DNA from: Marsupella aquatica
Taxonomy: Eukaryota > Plantae > Marchantiophyta
DNA: 64,000 nucleotides
Assembly (NCBI GenBank): GCA_973895155.1
Contig: OZ316898.1
Coordinates: 10,010,286-10,074,285, forward strand
Direction: 5' to 3'
Shown: positions 38,145-51,908 of the stretch, in pieces
How the letters are laid out: every line of letters begins with the position of its first letter
How positions within the stretch are numbered: the first letter of the stretch is position 1
Notes under the pieces: generated by a model
Seen by the model: the letters and a program-made list of their open reading frames with translations, nothing else
The model's database searches: none
Told to the model about the DNA's origin: nothing
Program-made: the position numbers and the translations under genes

Positions 38145-41100
38145 CTACTTGCGTTGCTGTGTTCGTGTAACTGTAGATACACCATCCACAAATTTGGTGC
38201 GAAAAATGACGTTGGCATTGTTGAACATGCCTTCCTTCAGGGATACAATGATGAACTGCACCGAAACAGTACAGGAGTTATTAGAAAATGTACGTAGGAG
38301 TGAAATCAATTGTCCCTATAGTGCCCTGATACAGATAGGGGAAAGAATCCCCGACTTGGAAGTTCTCATTAGTAAATTTTTGCTCGACTCCGAATATATC
38401 GTACCTGCGATTGGGGAAAATGAGACTTGATCATTCTTCCTATGTTCTGTGTGTGACTGAGGTCAAGTGCAGCATCCACCTGCGAAAACGGGGAATCGTA
38501 GTGAGACATCAGTGAAAAAGGACAACGACATCTAGGACGAGACATTGGCATCGAATATAAATGTCCTCTACTTCCGGCCACTACTTTGATCGTTCGAAAT
38601 TATTCACCTCATCGAGAATATAAAGTGGAGCTGGCTTGAAGAGCAGCAGAGCGAGGATCAGAGAGAGGGCAAGCAATGAGCGTTGACCACCACTGAGTTC
38701 CGATAGAGACTGCTTCCACACACCGCCGAAGGCAACTCTAACCTCCAGCCCATCCATAAAATCCGCGCCCTCCGGCGGTTGTAGTTCTGCCATTGTTCCC
38801 GGAAGCAATGTTGAAAAGATGGATCCAAATTCCCTGCCGCAGATCATCATTGCAAGCTTTAGAAACAAGTTTGGATTTGCCCATCCAATATAGCCAATGT
38901 CAGAAAACAAACAAGAGGACCTGGCAAACGCGGAAATGCAGAAAAGACGATACTACGGGGCAATTGCGGGTACGGTGTATGTGTAAGCATTTTAGCTAAC
39001 TAACGAATGCTGAGAATATTCATCTGCCCATGAAGACTAGACATCAACTCACTTCGTAACACACATCCACGTCTTTCGTAACTGATCTTTTCGCTTCTCA
39101 TCCAGCTCCTTAATCACCTGCTGTATCTTCGCTTTGTCGTTCTGCGATTGGAAAATGACGGACAAGATAACTGAAACCCCGTGCCAACTTGAAAGTCTCC
39201 AAACACTGTCAACGCATGAAAAAAAAGGGCAAAGAAAGACACATATTCGTCTTGACTGCCGACTAGGAGGTAACAAGGATGTGGAATACGTGCAAATAGG
39301 ACCAATGAAAGTGGCTTAGTATTTCATTCACGACCCATCAATTGAAAGCCAAGAGTTTTACGAAGGTTCGAGTAGTACCTGAACAATTCTTTTTCTCTCA
39401 ATAAGGTCCTTGTACTCCTCTTCAGCTTTATCGAACATGGCCAAGGCTTTCTTGTTGATCCGTTTCTCCATGCTGCATTCATGATTAAGTACTGTTAAGG
39501 GTCTACTACTAGCCAAAGATGATTTTGCCATAGGAGTCCACAATTTCGCTAAATCTTTTAGCTGAGAAACGCTCACAATACAGCAAAAACCAGCTCGTGT
39601 TCAATCTAGATGCTACGCTCACACTAAAACTTCAGCCACGGGCTCTACCATACTGACAAAACATTTCAGATATCCACTTCCGTGTCCCCTAATACCTTTG
39701 TATCTACCTCTTGTACAAAGTACCCTCAAAACAGGTCTTTCTTCAGTTTAATTGTAAAGATGCAGCAGAGAAGAAAGTATCGCTGGTAGCGTATAGGAAA
39801 TTACATACTTTTTCTGTTCCGCGAGCTTGGTTTCTAATTGTTGTCGTGCCTCTCTTGCATCTTGTGCACCGAAGTCATAATCCGTGCCTGGCTTGCCGAA
39901 CATGGGCTTCTCTCTGGCTATCCATGCGTGTTTTTCTATGAGTTTCTCCACCCTTTTGCCACAATCCTTCTGTCTCGCATCCATTCGCTCGATCTGGCAG
40001 GTGATTCGAAACTTGGGTCAGAACCGGACAAAGGAAGTTGCAATGAAGGCTTTGTAATGTTAAATCTATTGTTTCTCGCTTTTTTTGGGATAAAGCAAAC
40101 GAAGCTTGGTAAGACCTGTACCTAACAATCGTGATACTTATTCATCTACTCTATTTACAAAAGAGACGCATATGGTGGAACCTTGGAAAATCACTTTCAA
40201 ACGCAGAATGCGGAATGAATGACGCTGACCTCATTTTTTAATTTCTTGATCTCCACAACATAATCCGTATACTTGGTTTTCAGTTGGTTTTGATATTTTA
40301 TCTGGCTACTTATTTGAGCGTCGCACTCCTTAATCCGGTCCCTTTCCTTGTTGAGCTTCGCTTGCGCCTCAAGGTACTCTTTCTTCATAGATTCCCTCTG
40401 CCCACATGAAACAGTCAGTCGAATCCAGTCTAGCCAAAGCTACTGTAGATCCTCATCTGGTGGGAATTGACAAATCGTTTTCTAAAATTGCAATATCAGC
40501 AGACAGGTGCTTGAAAGTGCTCCGTGAGACTTGAGCCCGCCATAAAGTCTACGATTGACCCAATGTATATCCAGATGCACCACAGAAAACCCTTGTTCCT
40601 GGTGCTATTTCAGGACTATTACTAGCAAAATTGCTCACCACATCTTAACGCCAAGATTCAACAAACCTACAGCGAAAGTACTGATCTAAGTTACCTCACT
40701 GTCTAGTTGACCAAGATCTGCTTCCATCTTCTTTAACTGTGCAAGGGCTGTAACTACTTGCCCCTCGAGACCCATTTTTTCTTGCCCTGCAGCTTCCCTC
40801 TCCATGAGCAGCCTCTCTCTTGCTCCTTCTTGTTCCTGTGAAGAGAACAAGTTAACAGATTTGTTTAAGAGACATCCTAGCCAGCTGGAAACGAATCAGT
40901 TTTCAATGATTTGATTAGCATGAACTCCGAACAGTCCGATATGAACTTAGCAAAGGGACAGAAATGGCTTTGAAGTACCTTAAGATCCTTCAATGCAGCT
41001 GCCATTTCCTTTTTCATGGATTTGATACTCTTCTCTACGTCTTTCAATCGAGTTTCTCGGTCCCGACCATGCTCGTTAATTGCTCGCTCCAGGTCGGAGG

Positions 41101-44100
41101 CTTTCTTTATGCATTCATTGTGATGGTTCTCCTTGTTGGCTAGGTCCTTCTTTTCTGCGTCCAGCTCGGCCTCCATTGTTGAGATCGACTCACTTAGCTG
41201 ACATCGCGCAGGTATTGGATGTCAACGATACATAAAGCTGACAAGAACCCGACTAAACACTTCGCTACTCACGACGACTGCACTCTTCGAAAATCCCAAG
41301 AATCTTGACTGTAAACATGAGAAAGAGCGCTACTATTGAAACAACAATTTGCACTCGTAAACTTAAGACCGGCAGTATATCTAACTCGTACGGGTAGCCA
41401 CACATGGGGGGCTGAAGTCGCTTATACTGTCAACGCTCTGATGCCAAGACAGTAGACCGTAAAAACCAAAAAAGGACATCCTCCCTCATTTTCCTCACAA
41501 CAAATTGATTCTCAGACACGTTGAATTGTCACTGATGAAACAAGTTTGGAACCGAGAAATTGCAACAAACCTTGTGATGTTCGCTCTGCTCAGCCCTGGT
41601 TTCATACAGAGAGAGATCATATGACTTCAGTTCCAATTGTGACTTTAAGTGGGCATATTTCTTCTGCATGGGTGCCAACTTCTCAATCTGCAGCATTCGC
41701 ATGTACAAATTAAGGACAACTGGAGGTCGTCGTACATTGGATCAAAAATCTTCACGACCACCAGATGTAGCTATAAGAACCCGGTCTCAACGGGGATGGA
41801 CCAGGTATAAACAGATCCTGTTGCACATAGTTCTACTGCGTCATGTACAAACTCGACGTCACGTCCAAATCAAACATACAAGCCATACCTCTTTCTCGAT
41901 CTTTGAAAGTGCTTGAACATGCTCTGCCAAGCTGCCCTCCGCCTCTGCTAGTGCATGAAGTTGCATCAGGAGTTCCCCACCATTCCTGGAAGGAAACACT
42001 AAATGAAGTACTTGAACTGCGACTTCTGCAGCACATCTAAACTTACGGCGACACTATGCTTCTACGTTACTCTAAGCAGAGACGGTACGCATGAGGAAAA
42101 TCTGCCCAGCGTTTGAAACCTGTATAGCTCAATTTCTTTACTTTTGATGACCTGATCGCAATAATAGCTCCATCCACAACTCGGACGTCCGTACAAAGTG
42201 AATTAGCTCAGAAACGGACCTGCGCGAACCACCGGTAAGAAGACCACGAGGTTCAAAAACATCCCCCTGCAGGGTTACCGACTTCGTATTGACGTCCTTG
42301 TGGAAAGCCACCTACACCAGCCGATACTTCAGCGAAAATCAGCTGAGTTTACTTCGAATAAAATCATTTTACTCCAAAGCTAGCTTGAATATAAAGTCAA
42401 CTACTGGTAGGGGTTTTAGTATTCAAGAAGTCTGCACTAATGAAAAGGATAAACTTTATCATAAGGATCTACACTTTCATATATGTAATTGCTGAAATTC
42501 ACCTGTTTGGCCGTTTCAGTATCATTACAGACAAACGCTCCACCGAAAACGAAAGCCATAGCCGCCTGCATTATGACATTACTATATCAGAATGTTCTAT
42601 ACTTCAAGCGTTAGACAGACGTCAATCGAATTGTTAATACGTAGTAGCTTTGAATCGTCTACTTGGAGACTAACTAGATTTGCTATAAGCTAAAGCAGGA
42701 GAAGCTGATCTCTAAATACAACAGGAAGCTACATTTAACTTACTTGAAGCTCGTCAGGGTAGCCAACGAGGGACAGTGCTGGTTTTGCCCTGGCAGGACC
42801 CACCTGTACGAGACAAAAGCTGCTCAGACTGTACATCTTAAGGACGTCATAGCAAAATTTCGAGTTGGACTAAGCGAAGCACTAAGTCACACACACCAGA
42901 TCTGATTGCTCAATATCTGAAAGATCCAGCGGCTAGATTCAAGGAACAAGACATTTGCAATACAACATTGTCAGGGAACCATCTTCAAACGTAGCACCCC
43001 TTCGAAAGAATCAAACAAACGAGTGAAGCATTCATTCTGAGGATACGAATAGTTTCCAGTTCCCACCTACAGATCATTTTCTCAACCCCTTTATATCTCA
43101 CAACCAACCATGGGTTCCGGCATCTGCTGAAGATAAATAACTATTACGATTCGACATAAATCTTTCCAATCTAAGAAGAGAGCACTGAAAGCGATGCAAG
43201 ATGGGAACCTTTCTTTAGCGAGAACATACGTCAGAAAAGGAATCATACCAGCTTGGCCGCTGCCGCCTGAGTTCTCGAAGAGATGGGGTTGGCTTGAATC
43301 TTGTTGAGAGGAATGATGGTAATCCTTCGGCGCAGCCCACCTTTCTCTAGGAGCAGTTTAGCAGTTTGCTCAGTGTCCACTACAATATTATAAATTTTAC
43401 TTCCTGCAATAACCTGTTCGCAAGATGTGTACTACCTTTCAGGCTCCTGATAGTGTCTCAAAGTTAAAATGTGAAGCACACAATAGCAGTTTCATACAAA
43501 GAAAATACAATATGAATTCAACAACAAAACATGGGAGTTGGGGATCACGCACCTCAAGGGCAGTCATAGTAGAGGCATCATTCACGTGCACAAGGCGTGC
43601 TAGTGGTCCTTTAACCCGTGACTTCTCGAATCCCCTCTCAGGGTCATTGTATGAGAACTGAAGGCCCGAAAGTTCCCCCGTAAGATTGCTAACCTTTGTC
43701 TTGAGTCCCTTTACCGTTTCAGCCTCGGTTCTCCGGCTCTGGAGTGCAATGTTCACGTCAATGTTTGTTAGGTTGTCGAGAATCGCCCAAGAGAACAGCA
43801 GGCTTCATAAAAGCTGAGAATGACTGTGCAATTCCAATTCGTGAATTGTTATTCCACCGTGTTCAGATAAGGGCAAAACAACAGGTTGACGAAGGACATA
43901 GAATACAACATAATTAAGAGCAGATTTCCACGCCCAGCAGACGAGAATTGCACCTACACTTCACCCTTGTAGACATGCTAGAAGCCAGAAATTCACAGCA
44001 GAAACATGCGCAAGGGTCATACAATTGGGCCACTACATTCCCCGCACACCTAAGAAAAGGTCCTAATCAAAATAATGGGAGTTCACAACTGTGGGAGAAC

Positions 44101-46156
44101 CTGTTCCAGGGAATTCATTCGGTCCTCTTCGAATCCTAGTTTATTTATGGCATCTTGCAACTTCTCCAATTCCGCCTTACGTGAGCGCAGCTCCTCCTGT
44201 GCAGCAGCTACTTCGTGTTGCTTGGAATTGAAATGCTGCTGTTTCGCTTTCAGCTCTTTGTCGAGATGTTTGATCTTTGTTTTGCTCTGCTGCACCTCAG
44301 TCGAAGCTTTCCCTACCGCAGCATTTGCATCATCTCGCTGGTCCGCCAGACTCTTTTGTTCAGCCCCACTAGCCTTCCCTGCTTGAATCCCCTGAACCAA
44401 GCGAATTTCGACGAGCCAGTGACTTTTCACCTGGACTCTGCTGAATGGACGAAATTTGAATCTTCAAAGTGAACCCTTCAGCTGGTGTACTTTTCTTAGA
44501 CGAAAACATATTGCTATGAACATGCTAAAGTCAGCATCCATAGCAGATTATTACCAGTTTTATCAGTGTTGGTTCAATTCCTGTTTGCATCCTCAGAGTT
44601 CAAATAACTACCTGATAATCTCGTTCAAGGTCTTCCAATGTCTTTGCCTGCTGCTCCACTTTCTCTTTCAGACCTGAAAATTCTTCCTCAGCTTGAAGTT
44701 CAGCAGCAGTTTTGGTCGCGATGACACCATCCAAATCCTTTACATTTCTTTGCAGCTGATACATAACAGCCAGCAAATTGAGGTGAGTAAACAGGGGTAC
44801 CCTCATGTACCAAAACCTGCCTGCTTTACAGTTCGGCGTCTGAGATTGGTTGCATACCTGCTCAGCGGCAGCTTTCTCGACGTCAAAAGACTCTTGTTTT
44901 GCATTGACAGCAGAGTCGACCTTCACGAGAGCTGTAGAAAGCTTATCCACCGCATCAGACAAACTTCTCATGTCACTATTCATCTGCTTCTCTTTGGCCT
45001 CAGTCAATGCAGCAACAGAAGCCTCGTTCTGGGCTACTTCTTCCTCTAATCTTACGGCAGATAATTTGATAGACTCAACCTTGTCTTGCATTTCGGCCAC
45101 TTCACCCGAAGAAGCTTCCTTCAACCTCTCAGCCTCCGAAAAATCGAAAGCTATGCAGAATCTGTCGAGACGATCTACCACTGCATTGCCGGAAGTCCAC
45201 TGCTGGTACTGCGCTCGTTCTTTCCGTAGCTTCTCGAGAGCTGGAAGAATGTTTTGACTCAAAAGGTTGTCAATTTCATCCACTTTCGTCTGCTTTTTTT
45301 CCAGAGTCTTGAGAGCGTTCTCTTTTTTTGACTCGTACATCTTAGTTCCAGCTGCCTCTTCTAACATTGACAGAATCTCAGGCGGCTTCATGTTGAGTAC
45401 TTTCGTGATACGACCTTGCATGATGAGAAAGTGAGGATTGTTGATATTCAGCTGTACGGAGTGGAAGAGATTTTGGACCTGGGTTGGCTGCCTTACGTGG
45501 CCATTTATCCAGTACTTGTTCCGTCCACCAACGACAATCTACAGTATGACAAAAGACCATCTAATCAGACAATGCCTGACCATGGAATACTGTGCGAATC
45601 GAAATGTGCACATGTTCTGTCTGCCACTCATTGGATCCGGTATCTCTCTTGGCTATTTTTCTTCCTTATCTCTCTTGGCTATTGATCATCAAAATATTTA
45701 TTCACGAGGTGTGGGGAGCTTCGGAAGAAAAGACTGACTGTTTCCAGGCCAACAGAGACGGGTGTCTCAGCAAGAGGACCAACTAATCGGACATTGAATG
45801 AAATGAAGTTCGGATCGATTCCTGAGGGGTAAACTTACCTGGCGAGTGACAGTAATCTCATTCGAGTCTTCATATCCGATAGGACTTCGCTTACGGTTCG
45901 AATTGTCAAACAGAATTGAAACAGTTGCTTTTGTAATTCCCGCCTGCCCCTGCTTGTAAACCAGCTCTTGCAAGTTGCTTGCCCTAACTTGCTGCAAATT
46001 CGTAATTCCCAGCACGAAGCAAATAGAGTCCAAGATGTTCGACTTCCCTGATCCATTCAGCCCTGTTATTGCGTTGAATTGCTGATCAAAACCGGAAACC
46101 ACAGTCCTTTGAGCGTACGACTTGAATCCGTCCAGGGTTATCTCCTTCACATACAT
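38145..46156 (-). CDS. SMC2: Structural maintenance of chromosomes protein 2 (condensin), 20 exons
   Basis: [15 protein letters not shown], Walker [30 protein letters not shown], hinge ([27 protein letters not shown]), signature [13 protein letters not shown], Walker B LYILDEVDAALD, and C-terminus [31 protein letters not shown]. All introns traced are GT-AG. Confidence 0.97.
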
Positions 46157-46845
46157 CGCGCCAGCGTCCCTTGGACGACGACAACCTATGCTCCAGACAC
46201 GGAGGTTTGATGGACAGCCTTCACTCACTCGGGAACCTCGACAACGCCACTATCACTTACGGGAGCTTCGCGCCGTGCAGGAGTCTGAAAGTCGTCGCAG
46301 AAAGCCTCTCGGCATTTATCCAAGCTCGAGCTCGAGCACTTCATCTACCTCTTACACAGCAGGTTTCTGCAACCATGAAGTGTGGAGGACAGTCACTACG
46401 AAATTCACTAACAGAAGCAGAGAAGACTCCTGCTACACACCTCTGGCTGCAATGGCATTCACACACAATGGCATTCACACAAGCTGAGGACTAATCTCAA
46501 GTGCTTTGCGACCGACGACAGGAAGACAGTGACAATCGCATATGTTTTACGAAGAAACAGAGCAAGCGAAAACATCTTCAACATTCCGTCCTACCCAAAC
46601 TTTCAGCACCAGTCGGGAAGAACAAATGTACAATCTACACAATCATGGCAGTGATCAATCAAAGCTCCGACTCTCCGAGGATGCACTCGAGGCACGAATC
46701 ATCACTTGGACAAAGCGCGAACTCCTGAAAGGGAGATGGAGGTCAGCACGAGTAAAACAGACCTCCTCTCTGGCACTCCACTCGCCACTCTCCACTCTCG
46801 ACTCCGGCTCGTGAGTTCGAAGTTTGAAACCTGCAGAGCGGCTCC

Positions 46846-46854
46846 TTTCCCGCC
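46846..46854. promoter_or_regulatory. Canonical E2F-binding site upstream of SMC2
   Basis: TTTCCCGCC about 690 bp upstream of the SMC2 ATG, in a GC-richer promoter-like stretch. Confidence 0.5.
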
Positions 46855-49800
46855 CTCACACATGCGCACTTAGCGGCGGATACCGAGGACCCTCGTTTTG
46901 GAAAAGGAGTGTCATTGGTGGCGAGTTCGAAAGTAAGGGCAGGGGGTTCCATGGACAGGGGTAGGGAGTAGGAGCACTCCCTCTCACATCCCCTGGCCTA
47001 GATAGAGTCTAGGGTGTCGAAGCATAGGATAATGCCGGTCTGGGCAAGGGATTACTAGGCTGTGGCGAGAGAGTGAAGGAAAGCTGACTCGCAATAGCCG
47101 GGAAGCTTTTATGAGCATTATGGGAGTGCGGTTCAGACCGGAACCCCAGCCGGATCGTGTTTATATTGTATAAATGTGATTAAAAAACACAAGTTTCTGA
47201 ACAATAGATTGTGGGCCAGTAACCTCCATTCAGTACCACAAATGATGGTGTCTAAGTGCAGGTCCCCAGGAGTACACCCCAAGCCTGCACTTATCCAGGG
47301 TATACATTGACATGCATGAGATATCAGCTATGCACTTAACCAAGTGTGCATGCTACACTATCTAATTTAGTGCATGTCAAATTGCTTATGCACTTCCTGA
47401 TATGTGCTGTCAGGTCATACACATTGGACTCCTCATAGTGCACAAGAGACTGACTCAATCCACATACACTTATGCATGGTAAACTCTATGCCGCATTCCA
47501 AGGTATACATAATATTCAAAGTGCATGATTTTTGGAGTTGACAGCTAATTATTAGATCTCCTACCTCATGGATTCGTTCCCAGATTTGTCCCTAGGTAGG
47601 ACACCTTCATTTTTTGACCGTATGATATATATTTAAGAGTCAATGAGAATGCTTTGTACTGCTACTCGAAAAGGGGGAGGGGTAACCCTTGGAGTGACCT
47701 CAGATGTGAAGGAAAATCATAGTATTTGTATGCCCTCTCTCTTTGTAAAACCTGCACTCGTATTGGCTCAAACATTTTGATAGCACATCTGTGCTCCTTG
47801 CTCCCGGCCCATGGAGCCCAGTCCTTATAAAGCCCGGATGGACTAGCAGGTTGTTTGTGAAGCTCAAACTGACTACCAACCCTTGGAAATGGAGCAAATG
47901 ATCTCGAAAAACTTTCAAGCTCAGGAAAATTGATGCTCCCATGGACTGAACCCATGACCCATGCAACCCCCATGGACAGTGACACCTTTATTTACACCTT
48001 CACCAGTGACACCCTTATAGTCTGTTCTTCAATATCTACATGATAACCAACTTAATCAGCTCTTCTTGGGCTCATTGGGAGAGGCTTGAAAAGCTGTTTT
48101 CAAACAGTGTAACATTTCTATTTGTCAGGTGGGACGAATGAGGAGACTTATGAATTTCTCAAACTCAGTCCAATGCTCCCTATTCACACTTTCTGTTTCC
48201 CAATTTTGAGCAGCTAACTTTTGCATTATCTCCATCAATATACAAGAGGAACTATTTATGGACCCCCATGAGAGGTCCATTCCAAAATCCCTGGCACCAG
48301 AGAATGCCACATCAACAACAGCCACACCAACAAGACTCGTCAATTTTGTGAATCAAATTTATAGTTTTCATTCGTGTTTGCGTCAATTTGGGTGTAACTT
48401 TTGGGACACCATGCCATAAAAATAAATGTAAAACATTAGAAATGCAAAGAGCAAGAGAGGTAAAACTATCACTATGTAACCGTCTTAGTTACGTATCCAG
48501 GTATAAAAATTAAATTTAAAAACTATTTTCATATAATAAACAATGACTAATAACTAACTTGGTAACTTCCTTGTTAAAAGATAACTACAATAGCACATGG
48601 AGTAAGATTTCCGGCTTTTTGCAAACTGCCAGTTATGGTTGGAACTTGAAATCAACAAACTGATACAATTCACAACTTAAGTTAAAGCTAATATCCAATG
48701 CATTATTTTTACTCAAACAAAGCCTAAAAAATGTAGCCAGGGGGTCCACGGACTAATTTTGGGGGGTTTGTTAGAACTGGCTTGGGAATATCTTCCAGTC
48801 TATAATAGTGTCAAATTTTGTTAAGAACTGATGGACCACAAATTTCCAAAATGACTGTTTGGTTTTCTTGCCACCATTTTACTCTTTGGTGTAATCTGTT
48901 CTCTATGAGCTGAAAAGAGGGTTTGCAGAAGTCCATCTTGGTTGCAAAGTTCACCCAAGCATTGTGGCAAATGCGGAGGTCCATTTGAGCTTCAATTTTG
49001 GCAACTTCTCTCCTTTCCCTGAAAATAATAGTTTCTATAAGAAAATTGTTTATGTATTGAATGTGAACTATTAGATTCTTGAGATTTGAGGAGAACCCTT
49101 AGATCTCACCTTCTCACCTAGTCTACGTAATGCTCCCAACAATGAGATGTATGTTTTTTTTGTATTGGGTCGCAATAGCATTTTTGAGGAAAGATTTAGG
49201 AAATGCATTGCATGGAAAAAATGGGTGATGGGTGTCCGGCCACTACTAGGGTTAACTTGGGTCTTGGCAAGTGAGGTCATTCTAGCTTGGGTCAGGACCA
49301 GGTGGCAACTAGGTTGGGTACATAGTAGGTTAGAAGAGGCATTCATTCAACCAAATGAATTAAAGGTGTACAGTAGCTGACAACTTTTACTAAGAGGACA
49401 ATAGGAGTGCAAGAATTGACAGAAAGTACCTCATATCAATTTGGCCATCAATAACATAAGGATAGTTCTCAGAATGCAGCCCCCCTTACCTCTCCGTACC
49501 CCTACCCCAAGCTCTCCTCAATGCAAAGTGTTAAACAAATCAATAGTGCAGAAATATGTGAGCTCCTTACTATAGATTTCATGAAGTCTTACTTCTCACA
49601 ATCTTGTTCACATGGCAAGCTGACTTTGTAAAACATGTAAGACCCCCAACAACCTTCAGTCATTCAGGCAAACCAGTTTTGTAACCCAACTTTGAGATCC
49701 CTCTATAGGGCATAGTTGACAAGCCTCCATCACAATACTATCATTGCACAGATGTGTAATTTATGATATACAAAAAACTCAAGTCTAAGTTTGGACTTCC

Positions 49801-50315
49801 TATGCAAATCAATTCAGTTCTTATATCATGAATTAAAAATACAATTTAGGAAAAAAAATACAATTTAGGTTTGGACCTCCTGTGCAACTTAGGTTAGTTA
49901 CTCTGGATAAATTCAAGTTCTGAGCTCTCCTACATTTTGGGGGAGTAGGGGGATTGAAATGCAATAGTTTTACCCACAAGATAAATGCACTGATCAAGAC
50001 TACCCCACTTCCAGATTGGGGAAAAGGCCCGGGAACAAAAAATATTGTACTATAATACTGATACAAAGAGGAGTACAAGTCAAAATAGCTTAGTCTTGTT
50101 AATTGAATTCCTATCAAAATTATGTTGATCCTCCCAAGTAGTTGTGGCCAAGGGAGAGACCACAAGCCAACCCAGTATGAAGAAACAACAGTAATAAAAC
50201 ACACTCTTTAATATGGTACATAAGCCATTCACTGATAATTGGAGCACTTCCCTTATCTATTGGTACCAGTTATTTACATTGCCGCTAGTTGACTTTATTT
50301 CAACTTTCCTGCTTC

Positions 50316-51908
50316 TTATGATGCAGTTCTACTAGAGAGGTCTTCTTCGTGTAAATCATACTCAAAAAGCGTCCCAATAGATTTTGATGTTGTTTTGAGT
50401 ACTCCAATCAGACGGTAATGCATACCCTTTGAGGAGACATTGTTTCTCCCGTCATATCCAATTGACAAACTTTGAGATGACTTGTGTTGGATACTTGTGG
50501 GCCCTTCTCTTCTCCTATTTTGCTCCTTCAGCTTATCTGAATGGAACCTAGGCCTTTCTTGCAATTGCCTCCTTGAAATTGAGCTGAATTGCCCATAAAT
50601 GTTTCCAGGTAGTCTCAAGCTCTTATGCGAAGTGGAATTTCTCAAGCTAACAGTCTGATAGCATTTCTGAAGCCTTTCATGACTGGAAGTAGAGATTACT
50701 TCAAGTTTAGCCTTCTTTAGACTAGATGGTTGTGTTGGTAATGTACGCTGCTCACGAAATCCATATCTATTTTTGTGTCCATTACAAAACTCAAGCTTGT
50801 GAGGATTTATGTTTGTTCGAAAGGCGTTAGCATTCTTCCGTGGAGATTGCAAACATAAATCATGTCTCCTACTGAGATTTGTTCCCCATTCATGATTGAG
50901 TTCTGGTTGATGTGTGAATCCAAAAGTGTCATTCCTTTCTTTTCTTCGATTAGTTTTGTTACCACCTTGAAAACTAGCACTGTGAAACACATTGCCTGAC
51001 TGAGAACTTTTGGATCCTTGAGTTTGTTTAACATGACTTATAGAGGGATTGCCTTCAAACCCATCTGTCAATCTTTCATGGTTGAAATCACTTTGAGATT
51101 CGGTACTCTCTATTTGTTTGATGGATGGATGGATTAAATTTATTTTATTTCTACATATATTGGTACTATCAGCTTTCTGTACATTTTTAGAGTTGAAACT
51201 CACTTTGAGGTGATTTGTCGGTGCAGACCCAAAAGATGATTTAGGTTTCATGGAGTATTCTGTAGAACTTTGTCCAGTGGGTATGATGCTTTCACCCTCT
51301 TCTTTCTGAATCTTCTCACTGTGGGAATCCACATGAAAGCAATCCTCATGTGAAGGTTGGCAGAATTGGGCTTGCTCAATGTGAAACTTCTCATAGAATT
51401 TGGTCTCACTTGTAACATTGCTGGATTGTCTCCTTTCCTTGGCGTGCTCTTCACTTAGTCTTATCTGTGGTAAGTCCTCAGGTAAAGGTTGAACTGGTTC
51501 TTTAGTTGCAGCAATTGCATCGTAGTCTATATAACTTTGAGTAGGTTTTTCTTGAATCATGGGTTGAGTACCTCCTTTTGAAGGAACAAGATCTTGATCA
51601 TCCTGATTTGAAGGATGTAGAAGTAAATCATCATCTATGCTAGATGTTGTCGCTATTGTATCAGTGTACTGAGGATTGTGTCTCATACTTGGTTGCCCAT
51701 TTGAGTGGTGTGACTCAAAATGCAAGCTGTTCTCTGCAATATCTGGGATGTCATAGGCCTCTTCAATTGGTTGAACTTGTCGGGGTTCTCCGAAGTATCT
51801 TTGCTGCAAAAAAACAATCAAAACAGCTATGGCAACAACTGATATTACAAATCCAACCTTTTGCAGAAAAGAATTTTGAAGTATCTTATTCAGAAAAGCC
51901 AAAACCAT
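50316..51908 (-). CDS. Orphan 530-aa ORF with N-terminal transmembrane anchor and disordered S/Q/H/K-rich body
   Basis: 1593-nt uninterrupted ATG ORF in AT-rich DNA. Hydrophobic segment VGFVISVVAIAVLIVFL near the N-terminus; no recognised domain. Confidence 0.55.
   Translation of the reverse strand: MVLAFLNKILQNSFLQKVGFVISVVAIAVLIVFLQQRYFGEPRQVQPIEEAYDIPDIAENSLHFESHHSNGQPSMRHNPQYTDTIATTSSIDDDLLLHPSNQDDQDLVPSKGGTQPMIQEKPTQSYIDYDAIAATKEPVQPLPEDLPQIRLSEEHAKERRQSSNVTSETKFYEKFHIEQAQFCQPSHEDCFHVDSHSEKIQKEEGESIIPTGQSSTEYSMKPKSSFGSAPTNHLKVSFNSKNVQKADSTNICRNKINLIHPSIKQIESTESQSDFNHERLTDGFEGNPSISHVKQTQGSKSSQSGNVFHSASFQGGNKTNRRKERNDTFGFTHQPELNHEWGTNLSRRHDLCLQSPRKNANAFRTNINPHKLEFCNGHKNRYGFREQRTLPTQPSSLKKAKLEVISTSSHERLQKCYQTVSLRNSTSHKSLRLPGNIYGQFSSISRRQLQERPRFHSDKLKEQNRRREGPTSIQHKSSQSLSIGYDGRNNVSSKGMHYRLIGVLKTTSKSIGTLFEYDLHEEDLSSRTAS

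Noticed and set aside
47662-48343. Short minus-strand ORFs as further exons of the 530-aa ORF or as transposase remnants
   Set aside because: No consistent splice chain or recognisable motif.
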